Shown here: positions 8,215-17,245 of the stretch, piece after piece | How positions within the stretch are numbered: the stretch's first letter is position 1 | Layout of the letters: each line of letters starts with the position of its first letter | Virus record (IMG/VR): IMGVR_UViG_3300027777_000023 | Location: 32,001-96,000 of that record | DNA: 64,000 bases | Strand: one strand, 5' to 3' | Source: a virus | Position numbers and translations under genes: made by a program | The notes under the pieces: model-generated | What the model was told of the DNA's origin: nothing | Databases searched by the model: none | What the model saw: only the letters and a program-made list of their open reading frames with translations

Positions 8215-8629
8215 CATTCAGCAGATTAAAAGTAGGGGCCGGCCAAAGGGAGCAAAAAACAAACCTAAGTCGCCCGCAGCTCCAGCAGCCGCCATTGTGA
8301 TCAAGCACAGAGGCAGACCAAAAGGAGCTAAGAACAAACCTAAAGCGGCTAGGACTGAAAAAAGTCCGCAAGCAAAAAAGCCGGAGGAGGTAAAACCGCC
8401 ACCTCCAGCAGAGCACGTATTGCTTACTGCAGTACGCTGGATAGAAAAGAATATGCACCCGTCTCAGGTGCAATATTACAGAGCCAGAGCAAGCAGAGCT
8501 GGCATAACGATACATCACTCGATGATATCAGACATTCTGGGCTTCTTTAACGTCCAAGAATGCGAACTATCAAAGCAGATCAAGAAAAATAACTTCATAG
8601 CATCCACACAAAATCATGAACTTCATTAA
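8141..8629 (+). CDS. AT-hook DNA-binding protein
   Basis: Two copies of RGRPKGAKNKPK; start uncertain because of a 74-nt overlap with the upstream ORF. Confidence 0.7.
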   Translation: MTGKLEKRGLKTAVPRTKQSTLKTSIQQIKSRGRPKGAKNKPKSPAAPAAAIVIKHRGRPKGAKNKPKAARTEKSPQAKKPEEVKPPPPAEHVLLTAVRWIEKNMHPSQVQYYRARASRAGITIHHSMISDILGFFNVQECELSKQIKKNNFIASTQNHELH

Positions 8630-9467
8630 TAAACTAGCAAACTATCACAAAGCCTCATATCCTGGTCTTTTCGTTCTTACCCACGAAGAAAGCCGACTCA
8701 CTCAAGAGGTCACAAGTATGGTATCCACGCACCCACGAGTCTCTGTGCATGTTTGGGACGCTCAACGAGGCTTGCAGCATCATGCAGGGGTTAACGACAC
8801 TCCACACCCAGCAAGCACAGCAACCTCCACAGATCTATTAGAGTATCTGTCCAGGTATCGACAAGAGAACAACATCTTTATTCTAAAAGATTTTCATCTT
8901 CACTTTGACAAGGTGATCAATATCCGACTTCTCAGGAATGCTTGGAATTGGTTGAAAAGTTTGAATAATATGGTTGTGTTTGTAGGGCATAAATTCAATG
9001 TGCCTGGGGAGCTAATAAAGGAGATTCAATTACTAGACTATAGCCTACCTGACTCCGAAGCTGTTCGTGAGCGCTTGGACTATATTGTAGGTTCTGTTAA
9101 TGGTGGCCGCGCTGCCGCAGAAAAGCCTGAATTACTATTAACTGAGAGCGTTGCGGAAGCGGCTGTAGAGGCTGCAAAAGGCATGACTCACTGCGAGGTT
9201 GAGAACGCTTTCTCGCTAGGCATCATCACTGCTAAAGAATTCAATCAAGAGTTCGTGAATGCAGTGTTCCAGGAAAAGATCGCTCAACTTAAAAAAGGCG
9301 GACTGCTTACATATATGGAGCCTAACGTATCGTTTGATAATGTTGGCGGTATGCAAGGATTGAAGAAGTGGCTCACGGCCCGTAAAGATGGTTATTCCAA
9401 AGAAGCTAGGGAATATAATCTACCAATGCCTAAAGGTATGCTGTTGGCAAGTGTTCCTGGTACCGGT
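8616..9467 (+). CDS. Ycf46-like AAA+ ATPase, exon 1
   Basis: N-terminal ILKDFH degenerate ATPase domain, then VGGMQGLKKWL and first half of Walker A (SVPGTG). Confidence 0.88.
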
Positions 9468-9476
9468 AATATTTTG

Positions 9477-9504
9477 TTGTAATTTGCAAAAGCTAAGCTA
9501 TACT
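9477..9504 (+). promoter_or_regulatory. Intron-internal sigma70-like promoter for the homing endonuclease
   Basis: TTGTAA-16 nt-TATACT, 5 nt before ATG 9510. Confidence 0.55.
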
Positions 9505-9509
9505 TAGGT

Positions 9510-10361
9510 ATGGCTAAAAGAATATCCAATATAGAAGAACTTAAGAAAGACTATTTAGCAGGCAATTCATTAACCAAGCTGCAAGATAAGTACGGGTTTG
9601 AAAGGCATGCATTGGCAAGAGCGCTCAAGGCATCCGGAATAACTATTGTACAGAATAATCAAAAGCATGACTATAACAGCGAGCTTTTTAATGAGATCCG
9701 AAGCGAAGCAAGTGCTTACTGGTTAGGTTTTCTATATGCCGACGGCTCCCTAGACTTAAAAAAACCTCAAGTAGAGTTATCTTTAAAGTCTACAGACATT
9801 GCACATATGGTAAAACTGAGGGATTTAGTATGTACGACTTTACCTATAGCATATAAAGAAATTAAAACTAAAGGTAAAGTATATCAAGCTGTACGGATTA
9901 GCTTATCGAATCAGTGCATATACTCACAGCTAATTGCCTTAGGTTGTCCTCCTAGAAAATCATTGACGCTATCGTTCCCAACAAAAGAACAAGTGCCACA
10001 CAACCTACACAACCATTTTATCCGTGGTTATTTTGACGGTGATGGTAGTGTAGGTGTATATACCTATAATGATAAAGAACCTCAAATTCGTTGTAGTTTT
10101 GAAGGAACTGAAGCTATGCTAAGAGGTATACAGGCAGTGTTTTGCGACAACATTTCAAATTACACTGCGGTGGGTGTTTCGCAAAGGGCGAAGCAAAAAT
10201 CTTGTGTTCTTCAGAAGGGGGGAAACGCTAGTGTTGAAGGATTATATGACTATATGTATAAAGACGCGACCGTCTTTCTTGAGAGAAAAAAGGATATTTT
10301 TGATGGCTTTTATAAAAAAACAATTTGCCGCGCAATAGAGCAATCTGTTGCTGATAATTGA
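9510..10361 (+). CDS. Intron-encoded LAGLIDADG homing endonuclease with N-terminal HTH-like segment
   Basis: Two motifs AYWLGFLYADGS and FIRGYFDGDGS; its TGA stop lies in the P3 strand of the ribozyme. Confidence 0.9.
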   Translation: MAKRISNIEELKKDYLAGNSLTKLQDKYGFERHALARALKASGITIVQNNQKHDYNSELFNEIRSEASAYWLGFLYADGSLDLKKPQVELSLKSTDIAHMVKLRDLVCTTLPIAYKEIKTKGKVYQAVRISLSNQCIYSQLIALGCPPRKSLTLSFPTKEQVPHNLHNHFIRGYFDGDGSVGVYTYNDKEPQIRCSFEGTEAMLRGIQAVFCDNISNYTAVGVSQRAKQKSCVLQKGGNASVEGLYDYMYKDATVFLERKKDIFDGFYKKTICRAIEQSVADN

Positions 10362-10561
10362 GGAAAAAATCTGGAAGGCTGAAATGCTAATCAGAGGTGA
10401 AGGTGTAGCAAAGCTGCACCAGCCGCAACGCATAGGAAGTGAAAAGATATAATCTTCCCAAGAGGCCTCAACATCCCAAGTGGATGAAAAGATATGCTGA
10501 GCTATATCGAATAGTAAGATATAGAACTATGGGATAAAAAGCCCATAGGATAACAATACTG

Positions 10562-11293
10562 AAAAGCCTTATTTGTAAAGCAATCGCAAAGGAATTTGAT
10601 TGTCCTTTGTTTGCATTGGATATCGGTAGTATGTTTGACTCACTGGTAGGTAACAGCGAGAAGAATATGCGTGAGATGATCAAGACGGTTGAGAGTATTG
10701 GTAAGTGTGTCATTTTGATCGATGAAATTGAGAAGTCGTTGAGTAACAACGCAGTAAGCGGTGGCGGAGACTCAGGCGTAAGCTCAAGGATCTTTGGCAC
10801 TTTTCTTACTTGGCTAAATGACCGCAAGAATCCAGCATTCATTGTAGCAACCACAAACAATCACACACTATTGCCTCCAGCGTTGATTCGTAAGGGGCGC
10901 TTCGACCAGCTGTTCTGGGTAGACCTTCCTACAGCCGAAGAGCGTCGAGAGATCTTTAATGTGGTGATCAAAAAGTATGGGCGCGATCCATTGAACTTCA
11001 GCCTGAAGACACTTGTTAACGGAGCTGAAAACTTCACTGGTGCAGAAATCGAAGAAGTGTTCAAGGATGCCTTGTACAAGGCGTTTGATAACAAAGAAGA
11101 AGTAACAGACAGTCATGTCATGGAAGTATTAGCGGAATTTATTCCGTTTGCAGTGAGCCATGAAGAAGACCTAAAAATGATGCGTAAACAGGCACAAGGT
11201 AAGCTTGTGATGGTTACGAGTAAAGGAGATCCTGTGGCGGATGTCCAGAAAACAATGCGCAAGCTAAGTATTGCAATTGGTAACGAAGAATAA
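10562..11293 (+). CDS. Ycf46-like AAA+ ATPase, exon 2 (spliced product 527 aa)
   Basis: KSLICKAIA, Walker B ILIDEIEK, ATTN, LPPALIRKGRFDQLFWVDLP. Confidence 0.9.
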   Translation, partial: KSLICKAIAKEFDCPLFALDIGSMFDSLVGNSEKNMREMIKTVESIGKCVILIDEIEKSLSNNAVSGGGDSGVSSRIFGTFLTWLNDRKNPAFIVATTNNHTLLPPALIRKGRFDQLFWVDLPTAEERREIFNVVIKKYGRDPLNFSLKTLVNGAENFTGAEIEEVFKDALYKAFDNKEEVTDSHVMEVLAEFIPFAVSHEEDLKMMRKQAQGKLVMVTSKGDPVADVQKTMRKLSIAIGNEE

Positions 11294-11294
11294 T

Positions 11295-12299
11295 ATGAGT
11301 AACGAGTACAAAATTACGGAAACCCTCCAAAACTACTATGACAAAGTATTTCAGGACGGAAGACTTACACTAATTCACATCGGCATGTGGGGAATGAGTT
11401 ACAACCTCACCGAAGAGGACATCAAGCTTGACAAGCAACTACCCGAGACGATCAAGCTCGGGAAGAAAATGCTAATCAAGCCAGCAGTATACAACAAGTT
11501 CAAGACCTTTGAGCAAAAGGCTAGGAAGTATCTATACAGCAATTCGTTTGATTTTCCTCTAGTCAACCAGGCGCACTTTGTGCCGAAGACAAAGTATATC
11601 GAGGTGTTCACTAAATTGACTGAGATGAAGGCAGAGTACACGCAGATGGTGGACGAGTTTATTGAAAAATATGAAGACTATAAAGCTGAGGCTCTTGAGT
11701 ACTACAAAGGACACACAGACACTGTCAATATTGAGAATCTTGAAAGCTACTATCCCAGTGTAGCAAATCTCAAGAAGAAGTTTCATTTTGATATTGTGTC
11801 CTTTGAGATTGCCCTGCCGTCAGAGTTTAAAGAAATTGATCTGCAGGGTGAGATCGATCGTGAACAAGCTGTGGCTGTGGTGAAACAAGAAGCATTGACT
11901 GCGCACAAGGAAGAGTACAAGAAGCAGCTCGATACACACATGAGCAAGATTCATGACTTTGTGGGCGAGGTGACAAACACGCTTCGCTCTAAAGTTGTAG
12001 AGCACTGCTCGGTAGCCTTGAATAAGATCAACAAGCGTGAGGTAGTGTCTGAAACCAACATTAAGACATTGCTAAAGCAAATTCAAGAGTTCAGAGATAT
12101 GAACTTTGTGGATGACAAAGCTATCGAAACAGAACTAGCTAAAGTCGAGAAAATGCTCAACGGTGAACATAATTTCGACAAAGACAAGGATGCGTTGGGA
12201 CTGCTCCGGCAGCACCTATCATCTGTAGTTGATCAGGCTAAGAGCCTCTCCGACGTAGCAAACGTATCTGGAGAATATTTCCGTAAACTAGAAATCTAA
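11295..12299 (+). CDS. DUF3150-like coiled-coil protein
   Basis: LGKKMLI..ARKYL..S.F..AHFVP pattern and position after a Ycf46-like ATPase. Confidence 0.55.
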   Translation: MSNEYKITETLQNYYDKVFQDGRLTLIHIGMWGMSYNLTEEDIKLDKQLPETIKLGKKMLIKPAVYNKFKTFEQKARKYLYSNSFDFPLVNQAHFVPKTKYIEVFTKLTEMKAEYTQMVDEFIEKYEDYKAEALEYYKGHTDTVNIENLESYYPSVANLKKKFHFDIVSFEIALPSEFKEIDLQGEIDREQAVAVVKQEALTAHKEEYKKQLDTHMSKIHDFVGEVTNTLRSKVVEHCSVALNKINKREVVSETNIKTLLKQIQEFRDMNFVDDKAIETELAKVEKMLNGEHNFDKDKDALGLLRQHLSSVVDQAKSLSDVANVSGEYFRKLEI

Positions 12300-12605
12300 A
12301 TGTACAACAACGACGAAGAAGACAGTCTACTTGCAGAGCCTCCACGCTATGACACACTCTCTGTAAAATTCAGAGGAGACAGCTATGAAATCGTATTGCC
12401 ATACATCGAGGTGGCAAACGGCGACATTGTTCACATATCTGAGACAGAAATTGAAATCATGCTGATAAAAGATAACGTGCAAGACGTAACCAAGATGACC
12501 TACAATGACTTTGCAAAGCTTGTGGAGACTACGTTCGACACAAAAGAAGTAGTCGAACTCAAACTTCAGCTTGCAGGCACCTACGACAAAATAACAATAC
12601 TATGA
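12300..12605 (+). CDS. Hypothetical protein
   Basis: Abuts both neighbours. Confidence 0.6.
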   Translation: MYNNDEEDSLLAEPPRYDTLSVKFRGDSYEIVLPYIEVANGDIVHISETEIEIMLIKDNVQDVTKMTYNDFAKLVETTFDTKEVVELKLQLAGTYDKITIL

Positions 12606-12988
12606 GTCACGCAGTAAATATCAAAACAGCGTTCACTAACATCTCAAATCTACTAGCCCAGTTCGAGCAGCGTGGTTGGAAGATTGTAGAGAATGAGAAA
12701 TGCAATACGTATCCTAGTGATCCTCGACGAAATGAGGTGCACCAGTACGTAGCTAAAAATCCAACGCCTGGAGGTTATGATGTCGGTGTCAATGTTGACT
12801 CTGACGGGACGACCTACTTTGTTTGCGATTTCTTTGATCGCAGCATCGGACAGCAGCTTGGTAGTAATCTAAAAGACATCAAGCAAGGGTATGCTCTAAG
12901 CGAGCTGCAAAAACAGCTAAAGTATGAGGACTTATCTTATAAAGTCTCAGAACTAGCGTCAGGTGAATTAGTGGTAGTAGCGGAATAA
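12602..12988 (+). CDS. DUF1257 (Ycf35-like) protein
   Basis: MSH..IKT start, D.G..YF..DF and QGYA..G patterns; context. Confidence 0.7.
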   Translation: MSHAVNIKTAFTNISNLLAQFEQRGWKIVENEKCNTYPSDPRRNEVHQYVAKNPTPGGYDVGVNVDSDGTTYFVCDFFDRSIGQQLGSNLKDIKQGYALSELQKQLKYEDLSYKVSELASGELVVVAE

Positions 12989-12992
12989 TAAT

Positions 12993-13283
12993 ATGGCAAT
13001 CTTACTTAACAAAGACTTCGATGGTCTCAAATCAAAATTGGCTCGTTCGATTAAAGAAACATTAGCGCGAGACTGTGAAACGCCGTCAGGTGAAAAACCT
13101 ATGCGATGGGAAATGCACATCCCATATCATCAGATCGTGCCTTCTGAAGAAGACAATAATACAGCTACCGCGGTGGTAACATACATTGTGCAGTGTCCTA
13201 GAGAGAAATCACACACAGTGCGTATCAAATTCGCATACGACAGCACAGGACGCTTCTTGAAAGAATCAATGCTATATGTCTAA
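12993..13283 (+). CDS. Hypothetical protein
   Basis: Abuts neighbours. Confidence 0.6.
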   Translation: MAILLNKDFDGLKSKLARSIKETLARDCETPSGEKPMRWEMHIPYHQIVPSEEDNNTATAVVTYIVQCPREKSHTVRIKFAYDSTGRFLKESMLYV

Positions 13284-13476
13284 GAAAATGACGTTTAAAA
13301 TCGACAAGGAAGGAAATGTACTTGTTGAAAAAGTTGAAGGCTACGGTTCCTCGTGTTTGGAAGTTACAAGGAACCTTGAACGGGCTCTGGGTAATGCTGA
13401 CGAAAGCACTAGAGTACTCACAGACGAGATCAACAAACCAGTTGAGCTCGACAATAGAGAACGGTCAACTCACTAA
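13276..13476 (+). CDS. DUF2997-like protein
   Basis: F.IDKEGNV..V.G..G.SC.EVT..LE.ALG. Confidence 0.75.
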   Translation: MSKKMTFKIDKEGNVLVEKVEGYGSSCLEVTRNLERALGNADESTRVLTDEINKPVELDNRERSTH

Positions 13477-13482
13477 AATAAA

Positions 13483-13746
13483 ATGGCATCTGTAATATAC
13501 ATCAGCAAAGAAGGAAATATTAGCGGTCTTGCAGACAATCTGCTAGACAAGCTTACGTCACTAGGGCCTAAGAAAGTTCAGCGTGTTTCACATGTTGACT
13601 TCGATGAAGGCCTGCAATGTTGGGTAGCTACAGATCTCGAGGGCAATGTGATCGCAGCTAACTCAATTCGCAGTAAAGTAATCGAAGCCGAGCGTGAATA
13701 TCTTAACAAGAAGATAGAGGCAGAGTTTGCAACGAAGCCAGTATAA
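13483..13746 (+). CDS. Small hypothetical protein closing the AAA module
   Basis: I.KEG..G..LG...V.RVSHV..W.A..RS..I.AE pattern. Confidence 0.6.
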   Translation: MASVIYISKEGNISGLADNLLDKLTSLGPKKVQRVSHVDFDEGLQCWVATDLEGNVIAANSIRSKVIEAEREYLNKKIEAEFATKPV

Positions 13747-13750
13747 AGAC

Positions 13751-14110
13751 ATGAAAATTACACTAGCAACACTACAGGAAGCCTCAGCGCAAGAGGTATT
13801 TGACCAGGTGGTAACCCATCTACTAGAGCAGAAAAAGAAGGCCGTAGACGGTAACGATGTGTGCTCATACCGGGCAGATGGGGGATTAAAGTGTGCAGCG
13901 GGCTGTTTGATTGCAGATGCGGAGTACCTAGAAGAGTTTGAAGGTCGGGCCTGGCACGGACTGGTAGATACAGCCAGAGTTCCAGCCACACACAAGCTAC
14001 TCGTAGGCGACTTGCAATATCTTCACGACCACACAAAGCCTGAGACATGGCAAGCTGGACTGGAGAAACTGGCTAAATTGCATACGTTGAGTATGCCTGC
14101 GGTGAATTAA
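13751..14110 (+). CDS. Phage hypothetical protein, C.YR..GLKCAAGCLI family (paralog of 16274)
   Basis: Shares AQEVFDQV, GLKCAAGCLI and LQ.IHD with 16274-16678. Confidence 0.7.
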   Translation: MKITLATLQEASAQEVFDQVVTHLLEQKKKAVDGNDVCSYRADGGLKCAAGCLIADAEYLEEFEGRAWHGLVDTARVPATHKLLVGDLQYLHDHTKPETWQAGLEKLAKLHTLSMPAVN

Positions 14111-14124
14111 GCATCACATACTAC

Positions 14125-14164
14125 AGGGTGCCCACTAGTAATTTGGTGGGCACCCTTTTTATTT
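14125..14164 (+). terminator. Intrinsic terminator
   Basis: AGGGTGCCCAC/GTGGGCACCCT stem then T-run. Confidence 0.85.
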
Positions 14165-14521
14165 ATGATCAGAGCAAATCTAGAGATTTTACATCATCAA
14201 GATCAGGATAAGGTTTATATCGTCGAAATTCTGGAAGACGAAGGCATGTTTCATGTGTACGCCCACTATGGACGCAGAGCACAAGAAGTGCTTACTCGGC
14301 GACACAGAATGAAGACAGAGCACATCGAGTTTGCAGAGACGATGTTTGAGGCTATTGTGGCCGGAAAATGCAAGGACGGCTATGGTTTCCCTGATGACGG
14401 CGACAACATCGACATACCTGCATTGGCTAGTATTTTTGCAAGTACTGCACCAAAACCCAAGAAGAAGGAAAAGGCTGCGCCTTGCGCGCTCGCCGAACAA
14501 CCTAGAAAGTTGGACATATGA
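14165..14521 (+). CDS. WGR-domain protein
   Basis: DKVYIVEI..V..YGR..A...K.KDGY. Confidence 0.7.
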   Translation: MIRANLEILHHQDQDKVYIVEILEDEGMFHVYAHYGRRAQEVLTRRHRMKTEHIEFAETMFEAIVAGKCKDGYGFPDDGDNIDIPALASIFASTAPKPKKKEKAAPCALAEQPRKLDI

Positions 14522-15057
14522 TTAAATCAATAAAGATTACGACACTGAGTGAGGCAAAAGATCTGCCTTTTAAAGCTGGGGTAGCGCAGAATCTCTGGAT
14601 TTCCGCTGTCGACCCCGAGGACGAGCAGACCGTCAAAAAACTGTGCCTGCGCTTTGGTAAGATAGGAATGAAGCATTTCTATCAAATATTTAGAGACTGG
14701 AGCGAAGAAGATGGTAGCCCCCACATACAAAAAAATATCGAAGAACAAGGACCAGGAGAACGACATGTCAACAACATCATTTCTTTTCTGGAGCCTTTTG
14801 TTGCTACTCCTCACGAGTACAATCTCGGAGTCAATTGCTTTGCTGGTATCAGTCGAAGTACAGCCATTGGCATAATCGCCTGGGTAATGCAGGGAAAGAC
14901 ACCCGAGCAGGCTCTAAACGACATTCTAGATGTTCGTTCGTTTGCATGGCCCAATCTACGAATATTAAGATTTGCATCACAAAGATTAGGTGTAGACATT
15001 TACACAGTTGTTAAAGCCTGGAAAGATGCAATCCTAGCAGAAGGGATAATCCCATAA
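14518..15057 (+). CDS. Cys-dependent (PTP/DSP-like) phosphatase
   Basis: CX5R loop VNCFAGISRSTA; WPN..I motif. Confidence 0.8.
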   Translation: MIKSIKITTLSEAKDLPFKAGVAQNLWISAVDPEDEQTVKKLCLRFGKIGMKHFYQIFRDWSEEDGSPHIQKNIEEQGPGERHVNNIISFLEPFVATPHEYNLGVNCFAGISRSTAIGIIAWVMQGKTPEQALNDILDVRSFAWPNLRILRFASQRLGVDIYTVVKAWKDAILAEGIIP

Positions 15058-15221
15058 TGAAAGAATCAATTATAGTGGTTATACTTACCGCTATGCTTAT
15101 ATTTTTGGGTGCATGGACACAGCACATAGCGGAGCAGAGAAAGGCTATTAAAGCTGGAGTAGCCTACTACGCATCAGACGAGCTAGGCTATAGCGTGTTC
15201 AAATATATCACAGAAAAATAA
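15057..15221 (+). CDS. Small membrane protein (54 aa, own translation)
   Basis: MKESIIVVILTAMLIFLGAW...; fills the gap between genes. Confidence 0.5.
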   Translation: MKESIIVVILTAMLIFLGAWTQHIAEQRKAIKAGVAYYASDELGYSVFKYITEK

Positions 15222-15222
15222 A

Positions 15223-15364
15223 ATGAGATTTTTAAACATTGGCGAAACAATCCGAAAGGGAGACGAAGTAAATGTTCAACCATTTACAGGCGAACACTGG
15301 ACACCAATTTGGATCAAAGTTTCTTGCTCGTGAGGTTGTAAAGAAGTACGCTTACATTGACTAA
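15223..15364 (+). pseudogene. Possibly frameshifted small ORF
   Basis: Frame from ATG 15223 stops at 15331; the +1 frame reads FGSKFLAREVVKKYAYID to a TAA abutting the next start. Confidence 0.3.
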
Positions 15365-15365
15365 T

Positions 15366-15677
15366 ATGACAGATCAAGAAATCAATAAAGCTATTGCAGA
15401 ATACTGTGGATGGACGGAATGTAGATTAACGATCAAAGGTGCTGGCGGAGGCACTGTATTTGAAACTGCATATGGTAAACCTCCAAATCGTAAGTATGAA
15501 GCACCTTGTCCAGATTATACGGGTTGTTTAAATGCAATGCATGAGGCAGAGAAGAACTTGAAAGAAAAACATACGCATGCATACGCATGCAACTTAAATC
15601 AAGCAGTTTGGTACTGGGGACTAATTCACTCGACAGCTAAACAAAGAGCAGAAGCTTTTTTAAAGACAATTAATTGA
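15366..15677 (+). CDS. NinX-like (DUF2591-like) protein, paralog 1
   Basis: MTDQEIN.AIAE.CGW..PDY...LNAMHEAE..A.QRAEAFLKT. Confidence 0.7.
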   Translation: MTDQEINKAIAEYCGWTECRLTIKGAGGGTVFETAYGKPPNRKYEAPCPDYTGCLNAMHEAEKNLKEKHTHAYACNLNQAVWYWGLIHSTAKQRAEAFLKTIN

Positions 15678-15695
15678 CAGTATATAGTAGATAAT

Positions 15696-15887
15696 ATGGA
15701 ACCAACAATAAAACTAACAGACGAACAAAAAGTATTGCTTGATAGAATTGCAAAAGTACTTGAAAGTGATATAGAAGATCATTGCGCTCATCATGAAATA
15801 TTAGATCCATACGATGGTCGTGAATTCGACAATAACAAGTTTACTGCAATGGTGTGGTATATTGGAGATAAGTTATCATCTTATTAA
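15696..15887 (+). CDS. Hypothetical protein (paralog of 17048)
   Basis: KLTDEQK..IEDHC..NKF.A.VWYIGD. Confidence 0.7.
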   Translation: MEPTIKLTDEQKVLLDRIAKVLESDIEDHCAHHEILDPYDGREFDNNKFTAMVWYIGDKLSSY

Positions 15888-15890
15888 TTT

Positions 15891-16268
15891 ATGGAAGAAT
15901 ATAAAATTAACCTACTAAAACTAGCAGCAGAGTATGATTTCCGAGAAGATCTTTATTGGAACAAAGATCTTCGTTTTCTTATCATGTGTAGTGATGTTTT
16001 TGCTTGGGGATATGCAGATCTTGAAAGTATTACTAGTCAAGAAGATGTAGATTTGCTAGAGCAATGTATTAAAGATTGTCAAGTGGCAGGACAATTTGGT
16101 GAAGTTTATGCGTCTCAATTGTACTGTGCAAAGAAACGGAAAATGCGACCTCAAGGGGCTTACTACAAACATATAGAAGTCAAGGAGTTATGGCCTTTGT
16201 TTGATGCTTGTGGACCAGAAAGAGAAGTGAACTTCGGTAATCCTAAACCTCGTCCTTCAGAAAAATAA
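15891..16268 (+). CDS. Hypothetical protein
   Basis: Co-oriented, abutting. Confidence 0.65.
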   Translation: MEEYKINLLKLAAEYDFREDLYWNKDLRFLIMCSDVFAWGYADLESITSQEDVDLLEQCIKDCQVAGQFGEVYASQLYCAKKRKMRPQGAYYKHIEVKELWPLFDACGPEREVNFGNPKPRPSEK

Positions 16269-16273
16269 CCTTA

Positions 16274-16678
16274 ATGAAGACTAGAATAACACTAAAAACA
16301 CTGGAACAAGCAACCGCTCAGGAAGTATTTGATCAGGTTGCCGAGCATATGTTAACGCAGGACGAACTGTCGATACTCAATGGTACTTGCATGTATAGAG
16401 GAGATAATGGACTCAAATGCGCTGCAGGTTGTCTTATCGGTGATGACGAGTATAACAACGAGCTGATGGAAGGATGTCCATGGGCTGACATGCTCGATAG
16501 ATTAGATGTTGGAATTTCAACCAAGCACAATAAACTTATTTCAAAATTACAGAATATACACGACAGAATTAAGTGCGATCTGTGGTTGGACCACCTGCAG
16601 GGCGTGGCAACCGCCTTCGAACTCAGCGATAAAGTAATTACGGAGTATGAAAGAAAAATACACTGCTTATCAAAATAA
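16274..16678 (+). CDS. Phage hypothetical protein, GLKCAAGCLI family (paralog of 13751)
   Basis: Shared motifs with 13751. Confidence 0.7.
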   Translation: MKTRITLKTLEQATAQEVFDQVAEHMLTQDELSILNGTCMYRGDNGLKCAAGCLIGDDEYNNELMEGCPWADMLDRLDVGISTKHNKLISKLQNIHDRIKCDLWLDHLQGVATAFELSDKVITEYERKIHCLSK

Positions 16679-16907
16679 GAAGACTCATAGATGGTTAATC
16701 TTTAACCCCAGCATTAAAATATACTATGAAAGATACGGATACGGGCATTCGCTCTATGACGCATTTGACAAATCTGTATTGTATTGTGTTAGGAATATTA
16801 TTGAAGAAGATTTCTCTAAAACTAAATTAGAGAACAGAGAAGATTGGCAGTTGATGGAAGTTGATATTGAGTATAACTTTAATAGTGTAGTAAGAAATGA
16901 AATTTAA
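16647..16907 (+). CDS. Hypothetical protein
   Basis: Co-oriented, short overlap. Confidence 0.55.
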   Translation: MKEKYTAYQNKKTHRWLIFNPSIKIYYERYGYGHSLYDAFDKSVLYCVRNIIEEDFSKTKLENREDWQLMEVDIEYNFNSVVRNEI

Positions 16908-16908
16908 T

Positions 16909-17046
16909 ATGGGAATTAACCAAGAATTTCTCAGCTGGTTTAAAAATCGCTTAAACAAGAACCTACATATTGATGAGTGGCAGAGACCTATTCTTGTGAG
17001 CCTTCTTGATACCTTGACTAGAAATAATGTTAGCAAAGAACTGTAA
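16909..17046 (+). CDS. Small hypothetical protein (45 aa, own translation)
   Basis: Fills the gap exactly between neighbours. Confidence 0.5.
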   Translation: MGINQEFLSWFKNRLNKNLHIDEWQRPILVSLLDTLTRNNVSKEL

Positions 17047-17047
17047 T

Positions 17048-17245
17048 ATGGGACACTCAAACTATAAACTAACAGACGAGCAAAAGAGAGTGCTTGGCAC
17101 CATCGCAGACAGTATTGCAATCGCAATCGAAGATCACTGCAGAGATCACGAAACCGACACGTATGATACCGCTGACGGTAAATTTGACGACAACAAGTTC
17201 TCGGCGGCAGTATGGTATATCGGAGATCAACTAAGTGCATATTGA
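17048..17245 (+). CDS. Hypothetical protein (paralog of 15696)
   Basis: Shared motifs with 15696. Confidence 0.7.
   Translation: MGHSNYKLTDEQKRVLGTIADSIAIAIEDHCRDHETDTYDTADGKFDDNKFSAAVWYIGDQLSAY

Larger units (their letters stand above)
9468..10561 (+). mobile_element. Group I intron (1094 nt) inserted in the Walker A codons
   Basis: 5' exon ends in U, intron ends in G10561; P10 TTTT(9472-9475)/AAAA; P3 TTGAGG(10358-10363)/CCTCAA(10466-10471); P7 ACGCATA(10428-10434)/TATGCT(10493-10498); splicing restores GTG|KS in frame. Confidence 0.92.

Noticed and set aside
9510-10361. LAGLIDADG as an intein in the AAA ATPase
   Set aside because: Stops flank the ORF, there are no Cys/Ser..His-Asn splice ends, and a full group I RNA core is present.
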